Below are positions 9,346-19,548 of a stretch of 64,000 nucleotides of DNA, piece by piece. The translations under genes and the position numbers were made by a program. The notes under the pieces are model-generated. The model saw only the letters and a program-made list of their open reading frames with translations, had not been told where the DNA came from and did no database searches. Each line of letters begins with the position of its first letter. Positions within the stretch are counted from its first letter, which is position 1. The DNA comes from an uncultured bacterium (GTDB lineage: Bacteria > Desulfobacterota_D > UBA1144 > Nemesobacterales > UBA2774), in NCBI GenBank assembly GCA_963705505.1, contig CAVPJU010000010.1:64001-128000 (forward strand). Direction: 5' to 3'.

Positions 9346-9885
9346 TTGGAAATTATACTGGCTTTAGTTATAGCTGCGCTTGCGGCTCTTTTTATTTCGA
9401 TGCCCTTTTTCTTCAGGAGTAAAAAAAGATTCGGAGCGGAATATTTCCCCGACCCGCGCCAGGAGAAGCTGAAGGCGCTCCTTTCTCAAAAGGATTCCCT
9501 CCTCACGGCGATAAAGGATATCGAGTTCGATCACGGACTCGGAAAATTGTCGGGGGAGGATTTCGAGGAGCTGCACGGGAAGTACAGGAGCGAAGCCGCC
9601 CTGGTGCTGAAACAGATAGACTCTCTCGGCAAAGGAGACGCGGCGGTCGACGATTATGACGATATAGAGAAGGAAATCAGGGCGGAGCGGATGAAGTTTC
9701 TGACGTCTTACGATGACGAAGAGCTTGAGAAGGAGATACTGCGCGCACGCGAGGCAACATGGAATGCCGGCGGCGGAACGGTATTCTGTTCCAAATGCGG
9801 GAGCGCCTGCGAGGAGCAGGATCTCTACTGCTCAAAATGCGGCGCAAAGCTAAAGAATATTACGGAGAATAAAAATGCAGGGTAG
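9346..9885 (+). CDS. CcmI N-terminal-like membrane protein with C-terminal zinc ribbon
   Basis: N-terminal TM, KDSLLTAIKDIEFDHGLGKLSGEDFEEL helical hairpin, CSKC..CSKC. Confidence 0.7.
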   Translation: MEIILALVIAALAALFISMPFFFRSKKRFGAEYFPDPRQEKLKALLSQKDSLLTAIKDIEFDHGLGKLSGEDFEELHGKYRSEAALVLKQIDSLGKGDAAVDDYDDIEKEIRAERMKFLTSYDDEELEKEILRAREATWNAGGGTVFCSKCGSACEEQDLYCSKCGAKLKNITENKNAG

Positions 9886-11338
9886 GTCAGGCGCGTTCAT
9901 CCTCACGTTTACTTTTCTGGCACTCTTGTTCATCCCCGGTGTATACAGGTCCTACGCCCAGAACCCGCACGATATGGACAAGATGGGGAAGGACCTTTTT
10001 ATAGAGAACCGCTGCGTCAGATGCCATACGATAGGGAGGGGGAGGTTTGTGGGCCCCGATTTGAACGGCGTCGGCCAAAGGTACAACCGGGACGAGTTAA
10101 TCAAATGGATCGAGAACCCGCAGGCGGTCTATCAGTCAACGGGCAAGATGCCCATGAATGAAGGCTATCCTCCCATGCCCCCGATGGACATCAACCCGAT
10201 GGTGGCACAGGCCATAGCGGATTATCTCCTCGCTGTCAAAGTGAAGCCCGACACGGGGAAGGGCGGGACTATTATCGGAAAGGTGCTCAATAAGACCGAG
10301 AACACTGCAGTCCCCGACATAAAAGTCACGCTCGTGTCCTATATGGGAGATAAGGAAACGGGCAGGACGGATTCCAAAACTTCAAAGGACGGCAGCTTCT
10401 CGTTCACGGCCCTGCCCTGGGACAGGAGCTACGCGGTCACTATCGAATACGACAGCGCCGAGTACTCTACCGATAAGATGGTCTTCTATCCGGACGAGGA
10501 GACGAAGACGCTCGACTTGCCCGTGTACGCACCCACGACGAGCGGAGATAGTATAGGCGTGACCGAAGCTCACATGATAGTTCAGGTGGTCGAGGGAGGC
10601 CTTTCTATAGCCGACCTCTCGGTCTTCGACAATAAAGGGGATAAGATGTATGTGGGAAGCGGGGAGCTCGCCGACGGAAAGAAGGAGACGCTGAAATTCA
10701 GCGTCCCGCCGGACGCGGCTAATATTAATTTCATAAGCGGCCTCGCGCCCGAAAGCATTGTGAGGACACCGTCGGGCTTCTCCGATACCGGGAGCGTTGC
10801 CCCGGGATCCAAAAGAATTGTATTTGCATATACGCTGCCGCTCGGCTCCGGCAGCGGATCAGTGGAGAAGACGATAGAATACCCCACCGAGAAGTTCCTG
10901 CTCCTCGTATCGAAATCGAATGACACAGTCACGGTCGAGGGCCTCAGCGGAGGCGATACCGTGCAGATAGAGAAGGAGGATTTCATCAGGTGGTCGGGCG
11001 AGAACCTGAAGCCGGGACAGAAGTTTACGGTCAGGTTTGTGAACCCGACCGCGTGGAAGGAGTATATCAAGTGGGGAGCAATAGGGCTTTTAATTCTCGT
11101 CGTCGGAGGAGGAATAATTTATTCCTCGTTTGCGCGGGGCGGGAGTAAAGATGCCGACGAAGAGAAAAAGAACGGACGGAGAGAATCGCTCATGGAGAGG
11201 AGGAGCCATCTGGTAAAGGAGATAGCGGCTCTTGACGACGGATACGAAGCGGGGCGTATCGACGAAACGGCTTATAAGGAACTCAGGGAATCTAAGAAGG
11301 CGGAGCTTCTTGAAGTTACACGGAGACTGCGATTTTGA
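9875..11338 (+). CDS. Membrane-anchored monoheme cytochrome c with Ig-like/carboxypeptidase-regulatory domain and CcmI-like tail
   Basis: Signal peptide, CVRCH, GPDL, PPMPPM, beta-rich middle, C-terminal TM, then EIAALDDGYEAGRIDETAYKELR. Confidence 0.8.
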   Translation: MQGRSGAFILTFTFLALLFIPGVYRSYAQNPHDMDKMGKDLFIENRCVRCHTIGRGRFVGPDLNGVGQRYNRDELIKWIENPQAVYQSTGKMPMNEGYPPMPPMDINPMVAQAIADYLLAVKVKPDTGKGGTIIGKVLNKTENTAVPDIKVTLVSYMGDKETGRTDSKTSKDGSFSFTALPWDRSYAVTIEYDSAEYSTDKMVFYPDEETKTLDLPVYAPTTSGDSIGVTEAHMIVQVVEGGLSIADLSVFDNKGDKMYVGSGELADGKKETLKFSVPPDAANINFISGLAPESIVRTPSGFSDTGSVAPGSKRIVFAYTLPLGSGSGSVEKTIEYPTEKFLLLVSKSNDTVTVEGLSGGDTVQIEKEDFIRWSGENLKPGQKFTVRFVNPTAWKEYIKWGAIGLLILVVGGGIIYSSFARGGSKDADEEKKNGRRESLMERRSHLVKEIAALDDGYEAGRIDETAYKELRESKKAELLEVTRRLRF

Positions 11339-12061
11339 TCACAAGTCTCCATGATGAAACTGGATTATAGAAAGAACCGCGATGCTTGCGGTTTCCGTTC
11401 TAAGAGTCCTGGGACCCAGACCCAGGGGGGTAAAACCCATTTCACTAGCAAGGAGGACTTCCTTTTCCGAAAATCCACCTTCCGGTCCTATCAATACTAT
11501 AATATTTTTAGGAAGTTGTAAAGAGTATTTTAGATGATCTTTGATGGAATGTTCATAATTAACATGGAATATCAGTGATAAGTCGCTCATATTCTTATAG
11601 TTTAATGCCTCAGAAAAATTTAAAGTATTTTCTATGATTGCCGGTCTGGTCCTTCCGCACTGCTTTGAGGCCTCAAGCGCGATCCTCTCCCATCTCTTTT
11701 TTTTATCCGCCGTCCTCACCTGCGACCTTTCGGTTATTACGGGCACGATTGTATGTACGCCTAACTCCGTCGCCTTCTCCACTATGTAGTCCATCTTGTC
11801 TCCCTTCGTGAGCCCCTGAAGAAGGGTAATATTAAGCGGGGAATCGGTCGTCACTTTCCGGGACGAAATGATATCGATGACTATCTCTTTGCTTCCGATC
11901 CCGGCTATCTTCCCGGTGTATTCCCTGGAGCACTCATCGAAGAGCGTTATGGTGTCTCCTTCCCTGAGTCTCAGCACCTTCACGATGTGTTTGTAATCGG
12001 TGCCGGAGATGAGCGCCTTATCACCTTCTATGTTTTTTTCTTTTATCGGGAATCTCGGCAT
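11339..12061 (-). CDS. rsmE: 16S rRNA m3U1498 methyltransferase
   Basis: HIVKVLRL, KGDKMDYIVEKATELGV, EASKQCGR, IGPEGGFS, LGPRTLRTETA. Confidence 0.96.
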   Translation of the reverse strand: MPRFPIKEKNIEGDKALISGTDYKHIVKVLRLREGDTITLFDECSREYTGKIAGIGSKEIVIDIISSRKVTTDSPLNITLLQGLTKGDKMDYIVEKATELGVHTIVPVITERSQVRTADKKKRWERIALEASKQCGRTRPAIIENTLNFSEALNYKNMSDLSLIFHVNYEHSIKDHLKYSLQLPKNIIVLIGPEGGFSEKEVLLASEMGFTPLGLGPRTLRTETASIAVLSIIQFHHGDL

Positions 12062-12138
12062 CGTTTATGCTGGAATCAGGAATGTGTTTTTATGAGACGG
12101 TTATTGTGACAGGGCCCAGCTCACCACATCCGCGGCTT

Positions 12139-13677
12139 TTATTTTTTCTGCTTCTCATGTGTAACGAAGTACTCCGCGATCTCTTCCGCGAGCTTATCGA
12201 CTGTATATTCGGGTGCGGTTATCTGAGCGACGTATCCGGCGTCCCTGAGCGTCTTCGCTGTTATCGGCCCGATGCATGCGACGGCGGGGCGTCCTGATGC
12301 GGGTCTGAATCCGGGAAATATCGAGAGGAAGTTCCTCACGGTGGATGAGCTGGTGAATGTAACTGCATCTATCATGTTCCGCTCAAGCATATTTTTTATT
12401 TTCTCCGATTTCTTCTTTCCGGGCTTCCTCGTCTCATAAGCCGTCACTACATCGACCGCGGCTCCCATCTCTCCGAGCGTGACGGGCAGGACGTCGCGCG
12501 CTTTGCTCGCCCTCGGTATCAGTATCCGCTTGCCCTTTACATTTTCCTTCCCGAACCTTTCTATGAGTCCCTCGGCCCTGTACTCGCCGGGAATGATCTC
12601 CACATCGATGCCTTTCTTCCCGATCTCTCCCGCGGTGACTTCACCGATCGCGGCTATCCTGATGCCGTAGAGCGCCCTCACGTCCTTCCCCGAGAGCCTG
12701 AGCCTCTCGAAGAACTTTCCCACGCCGTTTACACTCGTGAATACAATCCAGTCATAACTCGCGAGACTGCCGATAGCCCTGTCGAGGGCCTTAAAGCTTT
12801 TGGGAGGGGCTATCTCTATGACGGGGAACTCTATGACCTCCGCTCCCTTTTCTTCGAGCAGCCTGACGAAGGACTCCGCCTGCTCCCTCGCCCTCGTGAC
12901 TATGACCCTCTTTCCGAAGAGCGGTTTCCGCTCGTACCAGTTTATTATTTCTCTTAGATTTATGACTTCCCCCGTGACGACTATCGCGGGAGAGATAATG
13001 TCCTTCCTATCTTTCACGGATCGCGCGATGTCCCCGACAGTCCCTGTAACGACTGCCTGCGCCGGGTATGTCCCCCACGTGATGACCGCAGCGGGAGTGC
13101 CGGAAGGCTTCCCGGAATCCATGAGCTTCCGCATGTTTTTTTCGATGTTCCTCACTCCCATGAGGAATACCACCGTGCCTATTTTCGCGAGCGCATCCCA
13201 GGGGATGTTCGATTCCTCCTTCCCCGGGTCTTCGTGCCCGGTGACTACCGCGAAGGATGAAGTGACGTCCCTGTGCGTAAGGGGTATGCCCGCATACGCC
13301 GGGACCGCGGAGGCGGAAGAGACTCCGGGCACTATCTCGAAAGGGACTCCTTTCTTCGCGAGCGCCTCTGCTTCCTCTCCGCCCCTCCCGAATATGAAAG
13401 GGTCCCCGCCCTTCAAGCGCGCGACAGTCTTTCCCTTTTTCGCCCGCGCGACCAGAAGCCTGTTTATCTCGCCTTGTGACATCTCCTTTGCGCCTGCTTT
13501 CTTGCCTACGTAAATCACCTCCGCGCTCGTTCGGGCGAATGAGAGCAGCCTCCGGTTGACGAGGTAGTCGTATACGATTACGTCTGATTTCTCGAGTATT
13601 TCTTTTCCTCTGAGAGTGAGGAGGCCCGGGTCTCCGGGTCCAGCGCCTATCAGATATACGGTTCCGGCTTTAGACAT
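12139..13677 (-). CDS. cobA: Uroporphyrinogen-III C-methyltransferase / synthase fusion (CobA-HemD)
   Basis: GAGPGDPGLLT, RLKGGDPFIFGRGGEE, then a HemD half (VIVTRA, FTSVNGV, FTSSSTV, CIGPITA). Confidence 0.95.
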   Translation of the reverse strand: MSKAGTVYLIGAGPGDPGLLTLRGKEILEKSDVIVYDYLVNRRLLSFARTSAEVIYVGKKAGAKEMSQGEINRLLVARAKKGKTVARLKGGDPFIFGRGGEEAEALAKKGVPFEIVPGVSSASAVPAYAGIPLTHRDVTSSFAVVTGHEDPGKEESNIPWDALAKIGTVVFLMGVRNIEKNMRKLMDSGKPSGTPAAVITWGTYPAQAVVTGTVGDIARSVKDRKDIISPAIVVTGEVINLREIINWYERKPLFGKRVIVTRAREQAESFVRLLEEKGAEVIEFPVIEIAPPKSFKALDRAIGSLASYDWIVFTSVNGVGKFFERLRLSGKDVRALYGIRIAAIGEVTAGEIGKKGIDVEIIPGEYRAEGLIERFGKENVKGKRILIPRASKARDVLPVTLGEMGAAVDVVTAYETRKPGKKKSEKIKNMLERNMIDAVTFTSSSTVRNFLSIFPGFRPASGRPAVACIGPITAKTLRDAGYVAQITAPEYTVDKLAEEIAEYFVTHEKQKK

Positions 13678-13851
13678 GACGATCAGTAAAGAAAACCGAA
13701 GGGGTGCTCCATTGTCAAGAAATTTCTCAGGCGCTTTAAATAGTGCCTGATATATGTATTATATTAGCGCTTGCCCGATAATTCTGTATGATAATATTAA
13801 GTTATTCCTGGGAATCAGAATACACGATAACTTTTTGGGCGGAGGCGAACT

Positions 13852-14442
13852 ATGCTCGTTAAAGACTTCATGACACCCGATCCGATTACCGTTACATCCG
13901 ATAAAAGGGCGGACGAAACCCTCGAGATGATGAGGAGCCTCAATTTCAGGCAGTGCCCTGTCGTCGAGGGCGGAAAGCTTGTGGGGATAGTGACACAGCG
14001 TGATATACGGGCGGCGCTCGTTCAAGGCGGCAACCTCAAGGTCGGCGATATTATGGCCAGGAACCCGATAACGATACTCGATTACGCTTCCGTCGAGGGC
14101 GCGGCCGAGATCATAAGGAGCGGCAAGTTCAACGCCCTCCCCGTCGTCTCGAACAGGGGAGACCTGGTCGGTATTCTGACCGTCACCGACCTGCTCGACG
14201 CATTACTCAGGATGCTGGGGTTCCATGAAAAACCCCAGAGGCTCGAAGTCCAGATGCCTGACGGCATAGGCCTCTTCGACGTGCTGCATGTAATCCAGAA
14301 CAATTCGGAGAAGGTGCTCTCTTTCAGCGCCGCGCCCGAGAACCGGAAGCTCTACTATTTCTGGGTGGTCAACTGCAACTTCGGCGAGACCGAGAAAGCG
14401 CTCCGTAAAATGGATACCAAAATAAGCACGATCAATTCGTGA
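13852..14442 (+). CDS. CBS-pair protein with ACT-like C-terminus (AcuB-like)
   Basis: Two CBS repeats (PVV..GKLVGIVT.RD; LPVV...G.LVGILT.TD). Confidence 0.85.
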   Translation: MLVKDFMTPDPITVTSDKRADETLEMMRSLNFRQCPVVEGGKLVGIVTQRDIRAALVQGGNLKVGDIMARNPITILDYASVEGAAEIIRSGKFNALPVVSNRGDLVGILTVTDLLDALLRMLGFHEKPQRLEVQMPDGIGLFDVLHVIQNNSEKVLSFSAAPENRKLYYFWVVNCNFGETEKALRKMDTKISTINS

Positions 14443-14524
14443 GGTGTCTATTCAGTGATATGAACGCCTGCGGAACTTCTGGTATAATACAAAAAGGCCG
14501 GTAGATAAAAGGGTCCTTTCTGTC

Positions 14525-14899
14525 ATGGAAGCGGAACAGTACGAATTCATTCTGGATCACTATAAAAACCCGAGAAACTACGGAACGATAGAAGACGCGG
14601 ACGCCTCCTTTGAAGAGGGGATACCTTCCTGCGGGGACGTCGTAAGACTAGACCTCAAGCTCAGGGACGGCAGGGTTGAGGACATAAAATTCTCGGGGAA
14701 AGGATGCGCAATAAGCCAGGCTTCCGTTTCCATACTTACTGAAAACGTGCGTGGTAAAACGGTGGAAGAAATATTATCGTTAAAAGACGAAGAGATGCTG
14801 GGCGCTCTCGGAAAGCCGATCTCGCCCGTCAGGTTCAAATGCGCTCTCCTGGGAGTGAAAGTTCTCAAAAAAGCGCTCCTCGCCAAACGGGCGCCCTGA
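14525..14899 (+). CDS. sufU: Fe-S scaffold / sulfur acceptor, SufU/IscU family
   Basis: ILDHYKNPRNYG, PSCGD, GCAISQAS, R.KCA; upstream of sufS. Confidence 0.88.
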   Translation: MEAEQYEFILDHYKNPRNYGTIEDADASFEEGIPSCGDVVRLDLKLRDGRVEDIKFSGKGCAISQASVSILTENVRGKTVEEILSLKDEEMLGALGKPISPVRFKCALLGVKVLKKALLAKRAP

Positions 14900-14938
14900 G
14901 CTTCCATTCCGCGATAAAACCCGGATTCATGAAACCTT

Positions 14939-16186
14939 ATGGAAAGAGCAGCAGATAAAAAGACAGTTTTCGACCCGCTCAGGCTGAGGGAGGATTTCCC
15001 CATTCTCGGGCGGAAGGTAAACGGCAAGCCGCTCGTCTATCTCGACAACGCCGCCACGACGCAGAAACCGAAGCCTGTCATCGATACCTTAAAGAATTAC
15101 TACGAGACGCATAACTCCAATATCCACAGGGGCGTCCACACCCTGAGCTACGAATCCACCGTCTTGTACGAGGATGCGCACAAGAAGGTCGCCGGGTTCA
15201 TAGGGGCTCCCGACTGGCGCAGCATCGTATTTACGAGGAACACTACAGAATCGATAAACCTCGTCGCGTACGCGTGGGGGCTTCGTAATTTAAAAGAGGG
15301 TGACGAGGTCCTAATAACGCTGATGGAGCACCACTCGAATATAGTCCCGTGGCAGATGCTCCGCGATAGAATAGGCGTCAAGCTGAATTTTCTTCCCATA
15401 GACGGCCGCGGCAACCTGAATCTGGACGAGCTTCCTCGGCTCCTCAATGAGAGAACCAAGCTCGTGGGCATCGTACACGCCTCTAACGTGCTGGGCACTA
15501 TAAATCCGGTAAAGCGCATCGCCGAAGAGGCACGGAAGGTCCGGGCGCTCGTGTTGATAGACGCGGCTCAGTCGGTCCCTCACCTGCCCGTCGACGTAAC
15601 GGACATAGGCTGTGATTTCCTCGCGGCTTCCGGGCACAAGATGATGGGACCCACGGGCACGGGGTTCCTGTACGGGAGGCCCGAGCTGCTGGAAGGGATG
15701 GAGCCTTTCCTTTACGGCGGGGACATGATAGAAAAGGTCACGATTGAAAAGTCCACATGGAACGAGCTCCCCTGGAAGTTCGAGGCAGGCACACCGGACA
15801 TAGGCGGAGGCATAGCTTTAGGCGCGGCGGTCGATTACCTCGAAAGCGTAGGTCTTGATAACATTATGGCCCACGAAGAGGAACTCCTCAGATACGCGCT
15901 TGAAAAACTTTCAGAGCATGAATGGATAAAGATATACGGGCACGGGAATGGCGAAAGGGTAGGTGTCATATCCTTTAACGTCGAGGGCATCCACCCCCAC
16001 GATGTGGCCGGCATACTCGACGAAGATGGTATAGCCGTCCGCTCCGGTCACCACTGCGCCCAGCCTCTCATGGCGGAATTAGGCATGGACTACACGGTCC
16101 GCATGAGCTTTTACCTCTACAACACGAAAGACGAGATAGACCTCGCCGTCCGGGCGCTCAAGAGGGCGAAAAAGATTTTCGGATAA
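14939..16186 (+). CDS. sufS: Group II cysteine desulfurase
   Basis: YLDNAATTQKP, EHHSN, SGHKM (PLP Lys), RSGHHCAQPL. Confidence 0.95.
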   Translation: MERAADKKTVFDPLRLREDFPILGRKVNGKPLVYLDNAATTQKPKPVIDTLKNYYETHNSNIHRGVHTLSYESTVLYEDAHKKVAGFIGAPDWRSIVFTRNTTESINLVAYAWGLRNLKEGDEVLITLMEHHSNIVPWQMLRDRIGVKLNFLPIDGRGNLNLDELPRLLNERTKLVGIVHASNVLGTINPVKRIAEEARKVRALVLIDAAQSVPHLPVDVTDIGCDFLAASGHKMMGPTGTGFLYGRPELLEGMEPFLYGGDMIEKVTIEKSTWNELPWKFEAGTPDIGGGIALGAAVDYLESVGLDNIMAHEEELLRYALEKLSEHEWIKIYGHGNGERVGVISFNVEGIHPHDVAGILDEDGIAVRSGHHCAQPLMAELGMDYTVRMSFYLYNTKDEIDLAVRALKRAKKIFG

Positions 16187-16381
16187 CCTCAGCTCATTCG
16201 AATTCATCTAAATTAAATTCCCATCATTTCCATTCTCCGGAACTCCCGGCGAACATTACCTCTCTTGGGTTACAGAGCCGCAGTCTGCGGCTTCTTCCGA
16301 CATGTTCTTACCCTTCCCAATACCATGAGTGAGCGCACACTCATTTTTTGTACTATTTTCTGACATACGACAGGGACGGGT

Positions 16382-16395
16382 TTCATTAATATCAA
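16382..16395. promoter_or_regulatory. Possible FNR/DNR-like box upstream of the nos cluster
   Basis: TTCAT-TAAT-ATCAA, one mismatch from TTGAT-N4-ATCAA, but in AT-rich DNA. Confidence 0.35.
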
Positions 16396-16415
16396 TCGTT
16401 CCCGATAGTTACGAT

Positions 16416-16431
16416 TGGCATTTAACTTTCT
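16416..16431 (+). promoter_or_regulatory. Degenerate sigma54 promoter for the nos cluster
   Basis: TGGCATTTAACTTTCT has a good -24 box and correct spacing, but TC replaces GC at -12; it sits just before the RBS of the first nos gene. Confidence 0.45.
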
Positions 16432-16459
16432 TAATAGTAATCGCAAAAGGAGGCTTTGC

Positions 16460-16867
16460 ATGTTGAAAAATAAGACTTTCTCATTCCCCGCCAGGATGCT
16501 GTTTATGATGCTGGTCGTTACTTTAAGTTTTCACATTTTTGTTCCCGTTTCCATCGGTTCGTCTGACGATGAGGTCGTGGAGAAGGGCCAAAAGGTTTTT
16601 CAGGACAAGGGATGTGTGGCGTGTCACTCGATAGGGAAGGGCAAGATCACAGGGCCCGACCTCTTCGGCGTTACTCAAAGGAGAGATCCGGCTTGGATTA
16701 AGAAATGGATCATGTCCCCCGATACCATGATCATGTCGGACCCCATCGCGAAAGAATTATTCAAACAATACATGGTTCCGATGCCTAATCAGGGGCTCAC
16801 GGACGAACAGGCGGACATACTCATTGAGTATTTCAAGTATCAAGATGCTAACAACGCAAAAAAGTAA
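16460..16867 (+). CDS. Monoheme cytochrome c (NosC-like), first gene of the nos cluster
   Basis: ATG 16460 after AGGAGG; signal/TM; CVACH, GPDL, VPMP. Confidence 0.88.
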   Translation: MLKNKTFSFPARMLFMMLVVTLSFHIFVPVSIGSSDDEVVEKGQKVFQDKGCVACHSIGKGKITGPDLFGVTQRRDPAWIKKWIMSPDTMIMSDPIAKELFKQYMVPMPNQGLTDEQADILIEYFKYQDANNAKK

Positions 16868-16906
16868 ATCTATGAGAAACCTTTTTACACAAGGAGGTAC
16901 GTAAAC

Positions 16907-18951
16907 ATGTCAGGATTGAAGAAGTGGATCACATTATTGCCGGTTTTTTTCTTGGCTCTGACTACGGTCTTTTTTACGAGCTGTAGGAATTCCGGTAGTG
17001 AGAAGCAGGCGAGTAAACAGGAGACCGTAACATGGGGATTGTCCGAGAGGCGGAGCAGGTAGCGGAGTCGAGGGGTCTTACGCCCAAGGACGTTGAGGCC
17101 GCTCTCAAGACTTACGTGCCTTCGGGGAAATATGACGATTACCTGATGTTTGCCTCCGGAGGACATTCCGGTCAGGTGTTCGTCATTGGCGTTCCTTCTA
17201 TGAGGCTCCTCAAAGAGATAGCGGTATTCACGCCGGAGCCCTGGCAGGGATTTGCGACCGGATCGAAGGAGTCGGACGATTTACTGAAAGAAGGCTATAT
17301 GCCCAACGGAAAAGACGGAAAGCTTACCTGGGCGGATACACACCACCCCGCTCTAAGCGAGACGAAAGGCGATTACGACGGACAGTTCTTATTCATAAAC
17401 GATAAAGCCAATGCGAGGATCGCAGTCATCGACCTCCGCGACTTTGAAGTAAAACAGATCGTAAAGACGCCGAACATGATCTCGGATCACGGCGCTACCT
17501 TTGTTACCCCGAATACCGAATACGTAATTGAGGGTTCCCAGTATGCAACGCCCCTTCCTTTCGAACGATACGCTCCTATGGATGAGTATAAGGACAAATA
17601 CAGGGGTCTCATTACGTTTCATAAGTTCGACAGGGAGAAGGGAAGGATAGACGAGTCCCAGTCATTCCAGATCGAGCTGCCTCCCTACTGGCAGGACCTC
17701 TGCGACGCCGGGAAGAAAGTCAGTGAAGGATGGGTATTCTGCAACTCCATAAATACGGAGCTCGCCACAGGCGGCATTGAGCAGGGCAACCCTCCCTATG
17801 AAGCGGGCGTATCTCAAAGAGACATGGACTATATGCACGTAATTAACCTGAACAAGGCCGTCGAGGTTTCAAAAGAGGCGGGCAAGACAGAGGTTATTAA
17901 CGGAATGAAGGTAATTCCGCTCAACACGGCTATCTCGGAAGGTCTTTTGTATTTCATACCGGAGCCCAAGAGCCCCCACGGAGTCGATGTAGCCCCGGGA
18001 GGAGATTATATAGTCGCTTCCGGCAAGCTCGACACACACGCGACGGTATATTCCTTCGACAAGATAATGGATGCCATGAAAAATAGCAAAATCGAGGGTA
18101 AGGATCCCTTCGGCGTCCCTGTACTGAACTTTAAGGATGTCGTCGCAGCGCAGGTCGAGATAGGCCTCGGGCCTCTCCATACGCAGTTCGATAACGAGGG
18201 TAACGCATATACGAGCGTTTTTATCGAGAGTACGGTTGCAAAATGGAAACTGGGCCCTCCTTACAATACGGGGGCAGACGCCTGGACCCTCGTTGAGAAG
18301 ATGCCGGTTGACTACAACATAGGCCACCTGGTTTGTGCGGAGGGCGATACCGTGTCCCCGGACGGCAAGTACTGTGTCGCGCTGAACAAGTGGTCCATAG
18401 ACAGGTTTACTCCGGTCGGCCCGCTGCATCCTCAGAATTTCCAGCTGATAGACATTTCGGGAAAGAAGATGCAGCTGCTTTACGATATGCCTATAGGCTC
18501 AGGCGAGCCGCATTACGTTCAGATGATCAAGGCTGACAAGCTCAAACCATGGCTCGTTTATCCGGAGGTGGGATTTGATCCGGCGACGATGAGCGTCAAT
18601 CCCGACGCGGCAAAAGCCGGGGGTGAGAAAGTCGTGCGGAGTAACGGAAAAGTCGAGGTATGGATGACCGCTATCAGGAGCCATTACAACCCCGAGCACA
18701 TAGTCGCGAGCGAAGGGGATAAAGTAATAATACATATCACGAGCGTGGAGCGGGCGAGGGACGCTACACACGGTTTCGCCATCGACGGCTACAACGTTAA
18801 CCTGAGCCTGGAGCCGGGTGAAAGCGAGACGGTGGAGTTCGTCGCGGACAAGGTTGGTGTGTATCCGTTCTACTGCACGGAGTTCTGCTCGGCGCTTCAC
18901 CTGGAGATGATGGGTTATCTCCTTGTTGAGCCAAAACAGCCAAAGTCATGA
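16907..18951 (+). CDS. nosZ: Clade II (Sec-dependent, predicted lipoprotein) nitrous-oxide reductase; apparent 1-bp deletion near 17045
   Basis: ATG 16907 after AAGGAGGT gives MSGLKKWITLLPVFFLALTTVFFTSC (no twin-Arg). Main ORF 17032-18951 has SGGHSG, DTHHP, PHG, GPLH, IGH, EPH (CuZ) and HGF...CTEFCSALHLEM (CuA). Confidence 0.95.
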
Positions 18952-18957
18952 ACTACT

Positions 18958-19011
18958 GAGGGCGCCCCATCCGGACCTTTAGTCACGGGAAGTGAAGGAG
19001 GGGGCGTCCTC
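18958..19011 (+). other. Stem-loop immediately after nosZ
   Basis: GAGGGCGCCCC...GGGGGCGTCCTC inverted repeat, no U-tract. Confidence 0.55.
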
Positions 19012-19045
19012 GGTTCTAACCCAAAACGGAATAAGGAGGTTTGTT

Positions 19046-19415
19046 ATGAAAAAGTTAATAGCGCCGTTTTTACTTGTAACTTTGTTAGTGTTAGCGGGCG
19101 CCGTTTACGGAGCCCAAAATGCAAGAGACTGCCCAGTCGTGGCAGAAGCAGGCAAACGATACCAGGGCAGCTGTTATGAAAGTCTACGGCGAGCTCGAGA
19201 AGCTGGATGTCAAGTCAGCAGCCGATGCGAAGGATCTTATTGCCGATGCCGTCGCCCAGCTCGGCGAAGGGGATAAGTACCTTAAGCAGGGGGACGAAGC
19301 CATGAATAAACAGGATTGGGAAAAGGCTAATTACGGTTATAACATGGCATGGCAGTATTACGTAAAAGCCGCAACATCCGGATTAAATGCAAAGAGAATT
19401 TTAACCGGACAATAA
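19046..19415 (+). CDS. Secreted alpha-helical hypothetical protein (about 122 aa); apparent extra A near 19116
   Basis: AAGGAGGT RBS and signal MKKLIAPFLLVTLLVLAGAVYGAQ; joins ORF 19119-19415 if one A of CAAAAT is removed. Confidence 0.7.
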
Positions 19416-19548
19416 AAACTCAGGAGAACGGCGGTTCTCCCATACGACTGGGGACGCTCTTGAATAGCGGATATTTTAGAGTATTCCCCGCCGGTTGTTC
19501 AGAAGGGCCGATCTGAATACGATGTTATTACGAACGGAGGTTTAAAAA

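Noticed and set aside
17040..19120. Programmed frameshifting in nosZ or the next gene
   Set aside because: No slippery heptamer at the junctions, and similar indels are scattered across unrelated genes.
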